Below, piece by piece: positions 10,228 through 20,212 of a stretch of DNA of 45,431 nucleotides; the first letter of the stretch is position 1; each line of letters begins with the position of its first letter. The position numbers and the translations under genes are program-made. The notes beneath the pieces were generated by a model. The model saw only the letters and a program-made list of their open reading frames with translations, ran no database searches and was not told the DNA's origin. Source of the DNA: Gammaproteobacteria bacterium (GTDB taxonomy: Bacteria > Pseudomonadota > Gammaproteobacteria > GCA-2400775). The stretch covers positions 1 through 45,431 of the forward strand of contig NVRQ02000161.1 of the NCBI GenBank assembly GCA_002400905.2, given 5' to 3'.

Positions 10228-10676
10228 CGCGATCCCAACGTTTGCGTCCGGTTGCTACCATGAAGCAAAAGGCGCAGTTAAATTCGGCTCGCATTCTTAG
10301 TGAGAGTTTTAATGAATTAAAGGTTCAAAAAGAACGCTTGGCTGAGCTGACGCATTATCGAGATGACTATTTGAATAAGTTTCGACAACTCTCGCAGACG
10401 GGTGCCGCTATTGAGCGTATTCGTCACTATCAAGAGTTTATTGCACGACTTGATCAATCTATCGATATACAAACACAGAGTGTCATCGACGTTAAGCGGA
10501 AAATTGAGTTGAAGAAGGTTGATTGGAAGCAAGCACGTGCGCGTTCAGATGCTTTTGACAAAGTTGTTGAGCGCTACCACGATGAAGAAAATCAGCTTAA
10601 TGAGAAAAGAAACCAAAAAGAGAATGATGATAGGGCACAGCATAAAGGTGGACACGGTACAGATTTACATCATTAA
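10224..10676 (+). CDS. fliJ: Flagellar export protein FliJ
   Basis: 150-aa coiled coil, YQEFIARLD and QKENDD; ATGA overlap with fliI. Confidence 0.92.
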   Translation: MTRSQRLRPVATMKQKAQLNSARILSESFNELKVQKERLAELTHYRDDYLNKFRQLSQTGAAIERIRHYQEFIARLDQSIDIQTQSVIDVKRKIELKKVDWKQARARSDAFDKVVERYHDEENQLNEKRNQKENDDRAQHKGGHGTDLHH

Positions 10677-10725
10677 CGTGCACTGTTGCTGATTTATCGT
10701 TTGAGTTTCAATCACGCTGACTCTA

Positions 10726-10741
10726 TGGCATGTAACTTGCC
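10726..10741 (+). promoter_or_regulatory. Sigma54 promoter of fliK
   Basis: TGGCATGTAACTTGCC, GG-N10-GC. Confidence 0.85.
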
Positions 10742-10782
10742 ATTTCCTGTTCAGGAACATTGATCAGGTGATGGGAGAGACC

Positions 10783-12132
10783 ATGTCGGTACAATCAAGT
10801 TTAAATATCGCTGGCGTAGTGACAAACACTAAGGCAAGCATCAACAATGATTTGCCATCAAATGCGAATAAATTAGATGAAGGAAATCAGTTATTTAGCG
10901 GAATTTTAAATAGTGTAAGTGATGAGAACCCTCAATCATTATCTACACCAAGCAACGGTCCATTGGAAGAAGCAGGTGAATTGGTTGGTCCAGAGTTGGT
11001 TGATGTTGGCACAAACACCTTCGCCTCTGCGGCAAATCTTGATGAGCTAGAGGGCAGGCTATTGCCGTTGTTGCCTGGTGCGATATCCAATGTATTGCTT
11101 GATACTCAAAATGATCAAACTGGATTAGCAACGAATGCTACGACATTGGCAAACTCTCCATTATCAGGTTCTAATGTGGTTCTAGAGCAGCTGCGAGGCT
11201 TGCTAGCCGATGCCACCAACTCAGTAGGTGAGTCGAAAGAAGTAACGGAATTGCGTGGGCAATTGAGCTCATTGCTTGATGCAAAACAGTCCAACATAAG
11301 CGGTGCTGTGGACCAAGCATTACGTAATCCTATATTAAGTGAGCTGTCGCAGGCTAGTTTACGTCAAGAAGTGAATGCCTCGCTGGGTAATGCGCGCGGT
11401 GCATTCAACGATTTTTTTGATCGAATTGAAAGAGCGCGTAGTAGTGATTTTTTTGATCTAAACCAATCATTCTTTGATACAGCACAGAAAAAATCCACTG
11501 GTCTCGATGAGATACTAGCAACACTGACAAAAACGGCTCCATCTAGTGCAGTTGATAACACTAGCGCAAATATAAACCCTATTCTCGCTCAAATTAACAG
11601 CCTAGTGAGTGGTAACGTAGCCATCACACAGCCATTATTGGGTGCAGTAGCGGATACTGCTTCATTACTACCAAGTAATCCTACACAAACTCAGGTTGCA
11701 GCACCCTTAAATAGTTCCCAGTGGTCGGAAGAGCTGGGTCAACGTGTGCGCTGGCTAGTGGGCCAAAATATTGGTTCGGCGCAAATACGCCTTAATCCTG
11801 CTGAGCTAGGTCCTGTTGAATTACGTGTAAATGTTTCGGGTGATCAAGTTAGCGTCGCCTTTAATTCACAATTCGGTGTGGTGCGTGAAGCACTTGAAGC
11901 GGCATTACCAAAATTGCGTGAAATGCTAGAAAGCCAGGGTTTAAACCTTGCTGATGCTGATATTAACCAAGGTGATACCGCAGAAAGGCAAAGTGGGAGC
12001 GAAGCTAATACCGCCGGTAATGATGGATCGACCCTGGATGATTCAATAGAAAAAAGTGGGTTGTTGGCGAGTAATGCGGGTGGCGGTATTGTTGAACTGA
12101 GCTCATCTAATTTTGTGGATCAATTCGTGTAG
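10783..12132 (+). CDS. fliK: Flagellar hook-length control protein FliK
   Basis: Low-complexity N-terminus; C-terminal domain IRLNPAELGPVE...VREALEAALPKLREML; ATG 10783 follows GGAGA. Confidence 0.93.
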   Translation: MSVQSSLNIAGVVTNTKASINNDLPSNANKLDEGNQLFSGILNSVSDENPQSLSTPSNGPLEEAGELVGPELVDVGTNTFASAANLDELEGRLLPLLPGAISNVLLDTQNDQTGLATNATTLANSPLSGSNVVLEQLRGLLADATNSVGESKEVTELRGQLSSLLDAKQSNISGAVDQALRNPILSELSQASLRQEVNASLGNARGAFNDFFDRIERARSSDFFDLNQSFFDTAQKKSTGLDEILATLTKTAPSSAVDNTSANINPILAQINSLVSGNVAITQPLLGAVADTASLLPSNPTQTQVAAPLNSSQWSEELGQRVRWLVGQNIGSAQIRLNPAELGPVELRVNVSGDQVSVAFNSQFGVVREALEAALPKLREMLESQGLNLADADINQGDTAERQSGSEANTAGNDGSTLDDSIEKSGLLASNAGGGIVELSSSNFVDQFV

Positions 12133-12134
12133 TT

Positions 12135-12225
12135 AAGAGCATCTCTATTCATTACTTACGGCCTCTGCGTGATCCTCTGCTCGTCTGTCAGCCAGAGACC
12201 ATAAGCAATGAATAGAGATGCTCTT
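12135..12225. repeat. Long inverted repeat / miniature element after fliK
   Basis: 19-bp perfect IR AAGAGCATCTCTATTCATT (12135-12153, 12207-12225), extendable inward by about 15 bp with three mismatches. Confidence 0.8.
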
Positions 12226-12433
12226 TAGTCGAGCTATTTATTAGTGTTAATAAAAGGGCGCTTGCGTCCTTTTATTTCGTTTTGGCGTCGCGAAGTTTTA
12301 GTGTGGCTAAAATAAATAGTTTGCAACTTATTGCACGTGATCAGCAGTAACCATTCTCCTGGAATGATGTTCGGATCATGCATAGCAACAGTCAATCCAC
12401 CGTCGCTCCATAAACTCATCCTTAGTAAGTACT

Positions 12434-12534
12434 GTCAATAAGCCGACTCCGCTGGCGTTCAGTTTTCAATCAGGACCATAACTCACTGTTAAATAACAGA
12501 TTATTTGCCCCGTCTCCGTGGCATAGCTTTTGCT
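12434..12534 (+). promoter_or_regulatory. FleQ-type box and sigma54 promoter of the fliL operon
   Basis: GTCAATAAGCCGAC (12434-12447); TGGCATAGCTTTTGCT (12519-12534) with GG-N10-GC. Confidence 0.82.
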
Positions 12535-12575
12535 AAAGCAGTGTCGTACGTATTTATTTGTAAAAGGACACTGAC

Positions 12576-13109
12576 ATGGCGGATGAGCAAGAGAACAAGG
12601 ACGAAGGCAAGAAAAAGGGCGGCGGTATGAAAGTCATGTTGATCGTATTGGTATTGCTGATTGTTGTTGGCGGCAGTGTTGGTGGCGGTCTTTACTTTGG
12701 CGGTTTCTTCGGATCAGGTGATGAAGAGCATGCTGAGGATGGGCATAAAAAAGAAAAAGTGGTGATGGCTAAAATGCCTGCTATTTATGTTGCACTTGAC
12801 CCAGCTTTCGTTGTGAATTTTTCGGATCCAGATGCTAAAGCGCGGTTTCTTCAAATCAATGCATCCGTTTTAACGCGAGACCCATTAGTTGAAGCAGATA
12901 TCACGACGCATATTACGGCGATTCGCAGCAAGTTAAGTCTGTTGTTTAGTACCCAGAAGGAAGCTGAACTAAGGACTGTAGCTGGCCAAGAAAAACTTGC
13001 TGTTGATGCCTTAGCGGTGGTGAGCAAAATCATCTCCGTGGAAACGGGCAAGGCAATAGAAGACGCAGGTGTTGAAGAGTTTCTGGTTACCGGCATGGTA
13101 ATGCAATAA
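12576..13109 (+). CDS. fliL: Flagellar basal body protein FliL
   Basis: Lys-rich N-terminus plus one TM segment, PAFVVNF, C-terminal VMQ. Confidence 0.93.
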   Translation: MADEQENKDEGKKKGGGMKVMLIVLVLLIVVGGSVGGGLYFGGFFGSGDEEHAEDGHKKEKVVMAKMPAIYVALDPAFVVNFSDPDAKARFLQINASVLTRDPLVEADITTHITAIRSKLSLLFSTQKEAELRTVAGQEKLAVDALAVVSKIISVETGKAIEDAGVEEFLVTGMVMQ

Positions 13110-13145
13110 AACAACCCGCTATAAAACAACAGAGCATATAAAAAA

Positions 13146-14153
13146 GTGGATGATTTACTCTCACAAGACGAAATTGATGCCTTATTAAATGGCGTAGATG
13201 GTGGTGACGTTGATACCGATAACGATGTTGCCGATGACGGATCAGCCAAAGGCTATGACTTTAATAGTCAAGACCGAATTGTTCGTGGGCGTATGCCCAC
13301 ATTGGAAATGATTAACGAGCGGTTTGCACGAAACTTCCGTTTAAGTTTGTTCAATATATTACGTCGCAGTGCTGAGATCGCCGTCAGTGGTGTGCAAATG
13401 CTCAAATTCTCAGAGTATATGCACACCCTATTCGTGCCGACTAGCCTTAACATGACGCGTGTAAGTCCACTTAAAGGGACTGCTTTGATTGTATTCGACC
13501 CAAAGTTGGTTTTTACCGTAGTGGATAACTTTTTTGGTGGCGATGGTCGTTGGCACGCGAAGATTGAAGGACGTGAATTTACAGCTACTGAGTTACGTGT
13601 GCTCAGCATTCTTTTACAAGAAGCGTATAAAAATATTATGGAGGCATGGGGCCCCGTCATGCCGATTAATCTTGAGTTTATAAATCATGAAGTCAATCCA
13701 CAATTTGCCAATATTGTTAGCCCGTCAGAGATTGTAGTGGTCTCAATATTTCATATCGAGCTGGAGGGTGGTGGTGGCGATTTTCACATTACGATGCCTT
13801 ATTCAATGCTTGAACCTATTAGAGAACTGCTTGATGCAGGGATTCAAAGCGATAGTGATGATAAAGATGAGCGTTGGCAACATTCTTTACGTCACGAGCT
13901 ATTAGATGCGCCCGTTGAGCTAATTACGAAGCTATCAGAGTTTGATATTAGCTTGCGAAAGGTTATGAATTTTAAAGAAGGTGATGTTATTCCAATAGAC
14001 GCACCACAAGAAGTGACCGCAACAATTGAAAATATTCCAGTTCTTCGAGGAAGCTATGGCTGGTCTGATGGCAATAATGCCATTCAGGTTAGAGAGAAAA
14101 TGATGACTTCCCCGAAAATGATGACTGTAATCTCAGGAGAACAACATGGCTGA
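13146..14153 (+). CDS. fliM: Flagellar motor switch protein FliM
   Basis: LLSQDEIDALL CheY-binding peptide, RIVRGRMPTLE, FFGGDG. Confidence 0.97.
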   Translation: MDDLLSQDEIDALLNGVDGGDVDTDNDVADDGSAKGYDFNSQDRIVRGRMPTLEMINERFARNFRLSLFNILRRSAEIAVSGVQMLKFSEYMHTLFVPTSLNMTRVSPLKGTALIVFDPKLVFTVVDNFFGGDGRWHAKIEGREFTATELRVLSILLQEAYKNIMEAWGPVMPINLEFINHEVNPQFANIVSPSEIVVVSIFHIELEGGGGDFHITMPYSMLEPIRELLDAGIQSDSDDKDERWQHSLRHELLDAPVELITKLSEFDISLRKVMNFKEGDVIPIDAPQEVTATIENIPVLRGSYGWSDGNNAIQVREKMMTSPKMMTVISGEQHG

Positions 14154-14643
14154 TCCAGTCGACGGCGAAGACATTAGTCAAGATGATGTTGACAGTCTGA
14201 TGGGTGATGGTGCTGCTGCTGCACAAACTGTCGATGCTGCGGGAGGAGACTCCGATGCCGATGCGATGGATGCATGGGGCGCCGCCCTTGAAGAACAAGC
14301 AGAAGTAGAAGGAAGCAACGTGGTTCCAGCAGAGCCGGTTGCTTTCGATAATTTAAATTCTAGCAACACCGGTTTTTCAGGCGAAGTTAATTTGGACATG
14401 GTGCTTGATATTCCGGTCACTATGGCAATGGAGCTGGGCCGAACCCAGATTAGTATTCGCAACTTGTTGCAGTTGAATCAAGGCTCTGTTGTAGAACTTG
14501 ATCGCATGGCCGGAGAGCCAATGGATGTCCGTGTCAACGGTACATTGATTGCGCGAGGTGAGGTAGTTGTGGTGAATGAAAAGTTTGGTATTCGCTTAAC
14601 GGATGTGATTAGTGCTGCCGAACGAATTAAAAACTTAAAATAA
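14146..14643 (+). CDS. fliN: Flagellar motor switch protein FliN
   Basis: SPOA domain (LDIPV...GSVVELDR...GEVVVVNEKFGIRLT). Confidence 0.97.
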   Translation: MADPVDGEDISQDDVDSLMGDGAAAAQTVDAAGGDSDADAMDAWGAALEEQAEVEGSNVVPAEPVAFDNLNSSNTGFSGEVNLDMVLDIPVTMAMELGRTQISIRNLLQLNQGSVVELDRMAGEPMDVRVNGTLIARGEVVVVNEKFGIRLTDVISAAERIKNLK

Positions 14644-14678
14644 TTACTTAACCTCTATAAGGCAATAGGCAAGCAACT

Positions 14679-15134
14679 ATGTCTAGAATAATAACAATAA
14701 TGAAAAGTTTTCTAGCAATGGTGGTTATGTTTCTGTCATCAAACGTTATTGCAAATGAAGATTCGTTAACACAATCGACGTCAATAAGTAGTAATGAGCC
14801 CTTTGCGATAGCTAATATTATGCAAATGCTGGCGGGGCTCGCATTTGTTGTTATTTTGATTTTGCTCCTGGGATGGTTTTACAAGCGTTTCGGTACCCCT
14901 GGCACTACTAATAATAGTAGTTTCCGCATAATTTCTGGATTATCGCTGGGCCAGCGTGAGCGTGTTGTCATGTTACAGGTTGGTGAACATCAAGTGCTGC
15001 TAGGAGTGGCCCCTGGCCGCGTTGAAAAAATTCATGTCTTTACTGAGCCGGCAATCAAAGAAGCGTCACCTTCTGCTGGTGGCAGTTTTTCAGCTAGTTT
15101 AGCTAAAGTGATTAAACAAAGAGGTCAAGGCTAA
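14679..15134 (+). CDS. fliO: Flagellar biosynthesis protein FliO
   Basis: TM segment followed by LSLGQRERVV...LLGV; between fliN and fliP. Confidence 0.92.
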   Translation: MSRIITIMKSFLAMVVMFLSSNVIANEDSLTQSTSISSNEPFAIANIMQMLAGLAFVVILILLLGWFYKRFGTPGTTNNSSFRIISGLSLGQRERVVMLQVGEHQVLLGVAPGRVEKIHVFTEPAIKEASPSAGGSFSASLAKVIKQRGQG

Positions 15135-15871
15135 TGCGTACCTTGGTAGCGCTCTTGTTAGTTTTATTTCCTTTTGTGTCGTCAGTTGCTGCGCCAGGAC
15201 TTGACGCTATTTCGGTGACTACCGCAGCAAACGGAGACGAAACTTACTCTGTATCACTGCAAATATTATTATTAATGACGCTGCTGAGCTTATTGCCAGC
15301 TGCGCTATTAATGATGACCTCATTTACTCGAATTATTATCGTTCTTGCCTTACTTCGAACAGCCATGGGTACCGCGCAAACGCCAACGACTCAGGTGTTG
15401 ATTGGCGTTGCATTGTTCCTGACGTTTTTCATTATGGCGCCGGTTTTTGAGCAAGTGTATGACGATGCGGTAACACCTTATTTAGCCGAAGAGATGTCTG
15501 TGCCGGATGCTTTACAAGCAGCAAGCAAGCCGTTTCGTAATTTCATGATGGAGCAAGTGCGCGATAGTGATTTACAGCTTTTTTCAGATTTATCAGGCAA
15601 TCAAGAATTTGATTCGCTTGATGATATACCGATGTCACTATTAATGCCCGCGTTTGTCACAAGTGAAATAAAAACAGGATTTCAAATAGGCTTTCTTGTT
15701 TTTATTCCATTTTTGGTGATCGACCTTGTTGTGGCAAGTGCGTTGATGTCGATGGGCATGGTGTTTTTATCGCCAATCATTATTTCGTTGCCATTTAAGA
15801 TTATGTTGTTTGTCCTTGTCGATGGCTGGGTGCTTTTGGTTGGCACGTTGGCATCGAGTTTCTACGTATAA
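15134..15871 (+). CDS. fliP: Flagellar export gate protein FliP
   Basis: MMTSFTRIIIV, PFLVIDLVVAS, SLPFKIMLFVLVDGW. Confidence 0.97.
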   Translation: MRTLVALLLVLFPFVSSVAAPGLDAISVTTAANGDETYSVSLQILLLMTLLSLLPAALLMMTSFTRIIIVLALLRTAMGTAQTPTTQVLIGVALFLTFFIMAPVFEQVYDDAVTPYLAEEMSVPDALQAASKPFRNFMMEQVRDSDLQLFSDLSGNQEFDSLDDIPMSLLMPAFVTSEIKTGFQIGFLVFIPFLVIDLVVASALMSMGMVFLSPIIISLPFKIMLFVLVDGWVLLVGTLASSFYV

Positions 15872-15882
15872 CGGTATAACGA

Positions 15883-16152
15883 ATGACACCCGAGACAATT
15901 TTAGACATAGGTAGTAGCGCAATTCAGTTAACTATTTTATTGAGTAGTGTCTTACTAATACCTGCATTGATTGTTGGTTTGATGGTCAGTGTGTTTCAAG
16001 CAGCAACGCAAGTCAATGAGATGACGTTGACATTTGTCCCAAAACTGTTCGTTATTTTTGGGTTATTAGTGGTGCTGGGGCCATGGATATTGTTTCAAAT
16101 CACTAATTTTACACGCAACCTAATTTTGGAAATACCTAGCCTGATAGGGTGA
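15883..16152 (+). CDS. fliQ: Flagellar export gate protein FliQ
   Basis: FQAATQVNEMTLTFVPK. Confidence 0.97.
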   Translation: MTPETILDIGSSAIQLTILLSSVLLIPALIVGLMVSVFQAATQVNEMTLTFVPKLFVIFGLLVVLGPWILFQITNFTRNLILEIPSLIG

Positions 16153-16165
16153 GTTGCAAATAGGC

Positions 16166-16951
16166 ATGAACTTTAGCGACGAACAAATTATGTTATGGAT
16201 AGGTTCATTTCTATGGCCACTTATTCGAATTGGCGCAATGTTAAGCATTGCTCCGTTGGTTAGCCAAAGGAATATATCAGTTAGGGTCCGCGGTGCACTG
16301 GCTATTCTTTTAGCTATTGCTATTAGTCCAACGGTTACGGCTGATGCCGCAATTGATCCGTTTGGTCTTGATACATGGTTGGTCGTTACTCATCAAATTA
16401 TTATCGGTTTAGCGATGGGTTTGATCTTGCGTTTTGTGTTTTCATCTTTAGAGGTGGCAGGGCATTTAATTGGGATATTGACGGGTTTAGGTTTTGCTCA
16501 GTTTATTGATCCCGGTAGCGGTGTACCTACTCCAGCCGTGGGTCGTTTGTATACAGTGATTGGTTCATTGTTATTTTTGTCGCTGAACGGACATATTGTA
16601 TTGATATTGCTTGTTGCTAAGAGTTTTGAGGTGATGCCAGTTTCACTTGTCGGTCTTAGTACAGATAGTGTATGGCAGCTTCTAGAATGGGCTGCGGTAA
16701 TGTTTACCGGCGGCGTAATTATCGCATTGCCCGCAGTAGCAGCATTGTTGCTTGTTAATGTGGGCTTTGGGGTGATGACGCGTGCGGCGCCACAATTTAA
16801 TATCTTTAGTGTTGGTTTTGCCATCACAATTTCTTTAGGATTTATTGTCGTTATGTTCTCTTTACCCTATACAGGAGAGCAATTTGTTAATTTACTGGAA
16901 GCCGGTTTTGAACAAATAGATCAGCTGGAACTGTCAAGTGGGGCACCCTAG
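16166..16951 (+). CDS. fliR: Flagellar export gate protein FliR
   Basis: Multi-TM protein, GLGFAQFIDP, RAAPQFNIFSVGF; ATG 16166 chosen. Confidence 0.95.
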   Translation: MNFSDEQIMLWIGSFLWPLIRIGAMLSIAPLVSQRNISVRVRGALAILLAIAISPTVTADAAIDPFGLDTWLVVTHQIIIGLAMGLILRFVFSSLEVAGHLIGILTGLGFAQFIDPGSGVPTPAVGRLYTVIGSLLFLSLNGHIVLILLVAKSFEVMPVSLVGLSTDSVWQLLEWAAVMFTGGVIIALPAVAALLLVNVGFGVMTRAAPQFNIFSVGFAITISLGFIVVMFSLPYTGEQFVNLLEAGFEQIDQLELSSGAP

Positions 16952-18075
16952 TGGCAGAGGAGACAGGCCAGGAAAAAACCGAAGAAGCGACCCCGAAAAA
17001 ACAAAACGAGGCTGCCAAAAAAGGTCAGGTTCCTCGTTCACGGGAGCTAACAACTGTAGCGATGTTGCTGGGCGCGGCAAGTTGTCTTTTGATTATGGGC
17101 AGTTATATTACTGAAACGATATCATCAATATTGATCGGTGGCTGGAATATTCCTCGAGCCTATGCTTTTGACACTATCATGATGACAGAAACATTATATG
17201 ACCAAGTGCAGAGTGGGCTCGTGATGTTGGTTCCTCTGTTTGCTGTAATGGTTGTGATTGCAATTTTGTCTTCTGTCGCAATAGGCGGGATTGGTGTGAG
17301 TTTGGAAGCGCTTCAATTTAAAGCAGAGAAGATGAGCCCCTTAAAAGGTTTGAAGCGCATGTTCGGTGTTCAAGCTCTGATGGAAATGGTTAAAGCGATT
17401 GCCAAAGCATCGTTAGTAGGTTCTGTGTTGGTTTTTCTGCTTTGGCACAATGCTGATTGGATTGTTGGTTTAGCTAATAGAGGTGTCGCGGGTGGATTAG
17501 GCGTAGCGATTGATTTTGTCTTATGGAGCTTTATATTTCTTGCGGCGAGTTTGCTCGTGGTTGTATCGATCGACGTCCCATTTCAGATGTGGAACCATGC
17601 CAAGCAATTGAAGATGACGTTGCAAGAAGTCAAAGATGAAAACAAAGATACCATGGGTAACCCGGAAATGAAGAACCGCTTGCGCCAGCTGCAGATGGAG
17701 GCTTCGAATCAAAGAATGATGTCAGCGGTACCGGACGCGGATGTTATCGTAACCAACCCAACTCATTTTGCCGTTGCCTTACGTTATGACCAAGACAATA
17801 TGGGTTCACCTATTGTCGTAGCAAAAGGTGCAGACCTTATTGCTATGTATATACGCAGGATTGGTGATGCGCATAACATTACGCGTATAGAAGCGCCACC
17901 ATTAGCTCGTTCGCTATTTTATAGTACTGAAATTGATCAACCCATACCGCGTGGACTCTATATGGCCGTTGCACAGCTGTTGGCCTATGTTTATCAATTG
18001 AAACAGAACCCAAGAAACAGGAAAAAAATGGTTCTGCCTGATTTCCCTATTCCAGAAGAACATAAGCGTGACTAA
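16951..18075 (+). CDS. flhB: Flagellar export switch protein FlhB
   Basis: EKTEEAT, RSREL, NPTH autocleavage motif. Confidence 0.97.
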   Translation: MAEETGQEKTEEATPKKQNEAAKKGQVPRSRELTTVAMLLGAASCLLIMGSYITETISSILIGGWNIPRAYAFDTIMMTETLYDQVQSGLVMLVPLFAVMVVIAILSSVAIGGIGVSLEALQFKAEKMSPLKGLKRMFGVQALMEMVKAIAKASLVGSVLVFLLWHNADWIVGLANRGVAGGLGVAIDFVLWSFIFLAASLLVVVSIDVPFQMWNHAKQLKMTLQEVKDENKDTMGNPEMKNRLRQLQMEASNQRMMSAVPDADVIVTNPTHFAVALRYDQDNMGSPIVVAKGADLIAMYIRRIGDAHNITRIEAPPLARSLFYSTEIDQPIPRGLYMAVAQLLAYVYQLKQNPRNRKKMVLPDFPIPEEHKRD

Positions 18076-18103
18076 TCAAAAACTATAATTTGAGAATAAC
18101 ACT

Positions 18104-20194
18104 ATGATTGCCAACCCTAACAATATTATTGGATTAAAATCATTTAACGGTGCGGGAGTCGCCGCATTGGTTATTTTGGTTGGGATGTTGGCGATGATTA
18201 TTCTTCCTATGCCACCAATATTGCTCGATTTGCTTTTCACTTTCAGCATTTCGTTTGGAATAGTCATATTGCTTTCTAGTGTTTACACTAAAAGACCGCT
18301 CGATTTTACTGTTTTCCCAACCATTATTCTTATGGCGACTCTATTAAGGTTAGCGCTTAATGTTGCATCAACTCGAGTTGTGTTACTCGAGGGCCATACC
18401 GGAACAGACGCTGCGGGTAATGTGATTAAAGCATTTGGTGAATTTGTTGTTGGTGGCAACTATATCGTTGGTATTATTGTCTTTGCTATTTTGGTTATTA
18501 TTAATTTCGTGGTGGTTACCAAAGGTGCTGGACGTATCTCAGAAGTGAGTGCACGTTTTACGCTGGATTCTATGCCAGGTAAGCAAATGGCCATTGATGC
18601 TGATTTGAATGCCGGAATTATTGATCAAGATGAAGCCAAGGAGAGACGCGAGACGATTGTTCAAGAAGCTGACTTTTATGGTTCTATGGATGGCGCGAGT
18701 AAATTTGTTCGTGGTGATGCAATAGCCGGTATTTTGATTCTGTTTATTAACATCATCGGTGGTTTGTTGATTGGTACGCTTGAGCATGGCCTGGATATTT
18801 CAGAAGCTGCACACAACTATACCTTGTTGACGATCGGTGATGGCTTGGTCGCGCAAATTCCAGCACTAATATTGTCAGTTGCTGCAGCGATCACTGTGAC
18901 GCGAGTTTCCTCCTCTACGCAAAGTATGGGTGATCAGGTTATTAGTCAGTTGTTTGAGTCACCCAAGCCACTAGCGATTACTGCGGCAGTACTTGGCATC
19001 ATGGGTGTCATACCGGGTATGCCAAATGTTGTATTTCTATTGATGGCGACAGGGGCAGGGTATGGCGCTTATATGATTGCCCAACGCGCTGCACAGCCAA
19101 AAATTATTGAAGAAGAAGTGATAGAAGCTCCATCTGCTAATGATACTCAGGAAATTGGTTGGCAAGACGTTGTACCGGTAGATGCTTTAGGACTTGAAGT
19201 AGGTTATCGATTGATACCTTTGGTAGACAAGAATCAAGGTGGTCAACTGCTATCTCGTATTCGAGGTATCCGTAAGAAGCTAACGCAAGATCTCGGGTTT
19301 CTTATCCCACCGATACATATTCGCGACAACCTAGATCTTACTCCCAATGTTTATCGAGTGAGTTTGTTGGGCGTGACAGTAGCGGAGTCTGAAATTCACC
19401 CAGATATGGATCTAGCTATTAATCCGGGTCAAGTCTTTGGCACGCTCAATGGAATACAGACTAAAGATCCAGCCTTTGGTCTTGACGCTGTTTGGATAGA
19501 GACGCGTCAGCGCGATGAAGCGCAAACCATGGGCTATACCGTGGTAGATGCCAGCACAGTGGTTGCAACGCATATTACGCAATTGATTCAGTCACATGCC
19601 GATGAGTTGTTGGGTCGAGATGAGGTGCAACAACTGCTTGACACCCTTGAACAGTCGGCGCCGAAACTGGTTGAAGAATTGATACCAGATATATTGCCAA
19701 TCGGTGTTGTATCACGTGTATTAAAGAATTTATTGCAGGAAGCCGTGGCTATTCGTGATGTCCGTACTATTGTCGAAACCTTGGCGGAAAACGGCACCAA
19801 GAGTCAAGACCCCGCCGTTTTAACGGCAATGGTTCGCATCGCACTTGGCCGCTCAATTGTCCAAAGTATCAGTGGGATAAGCCAAGAGCTCGAAGTTATT
19901 ACGCTAGATCCTGCGCTGGAACGGATATTGCAAAACTCCATGCAGGGACCGGATGAGTCCGGTGTAGCACTTGAACCAGGGCTTGCAGACAGAATGCATC
20001 AATCTCTTATCACTATGGCACAGCGGCAGGAAGCGGCAGGCAGTTCATCAGTCGTATTAGTGTCAGCCGCGATAAGAAATTTGATTGCGCGTTTTGTGAA
20101 GCATTCGATACCAAATTTAAAAGTACTGTCATATAACGAAGTACCGGATAACAAACAAATTAAGATCGTGGCGACAGTCGGCGCGAATTCTTAG
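18104..20194 (+). CDS. flhA: Flagellar export protein FlhA
   Basis: RFTLDSMPGKQMAIDADL, FYGSMDGASKFVRGD. Confidence 0.98.
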   Translation: MIANPNNIIGLKSFNGAGVAALVILVGMLAMIILPMPPILLDLLFTFSISFGIVILLSSVYTKRPLDFTVFPTIILMATLLRLALNVASTRVVLLEGHTGTDAAGNVIKAFGEFVVGGNYIVGIIVFAILVIINFVVVTKGAGRISEVSARFTLDSMPGKQMAIDADLNAGIIDQDEAKERRETIVQEADFYGSMDGASKFVRGDAIAGILILFINIIGGLLIGTLEHGLDISEAAHNYTLLTIGDGLVAQIPALILSVAAAITVTRVSSSTQSMGDQVISQLFESPKPLAITAAVLGIMGVIPGMPNVVFLLMATGAGYGAYMIAQRAAQPKIIEEEVIEAPSANDTQEIGWQDVVPVDALGLEVGYRLIPLVDKNQGGQLLSRIRGIRKKLTQDLGFLIPPIHIRDNLDLTPNVYRVSLLGVTVAESEIHPDMDLAINPGQVFGTLNGIQTKDPAFGLDAVWIETRQRDEAQTMGYTVVDASTVVATHITQLIQSHADELLGRDEVQQLLDTLEQSAPKLVEELIPDILPIGVVSRVLKNLLQEAVAIRDVRTIVETLAENGTKSQDPAVLTAMVRIALGRSIVQSISGISQELEVITLDPALERILQNSMQGPDESGVALEPGLADRMHQSLITMAQRQEAAGSSSVVLVSAAIRNLIARFVKHSIPNLKVLSYNEVPDNKQIKIVATVGANS

Positions 20195-20212
20195 TTACTA
20201 GGATAATAATAA

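Noticed and set aside
12234-12419. 61-aa minus-strand ORF in the fliK-fliL gap
   Set aside because: No motif or convincing RBS; the gap is explained by a repeat plus the fliL enhancer and promoter.
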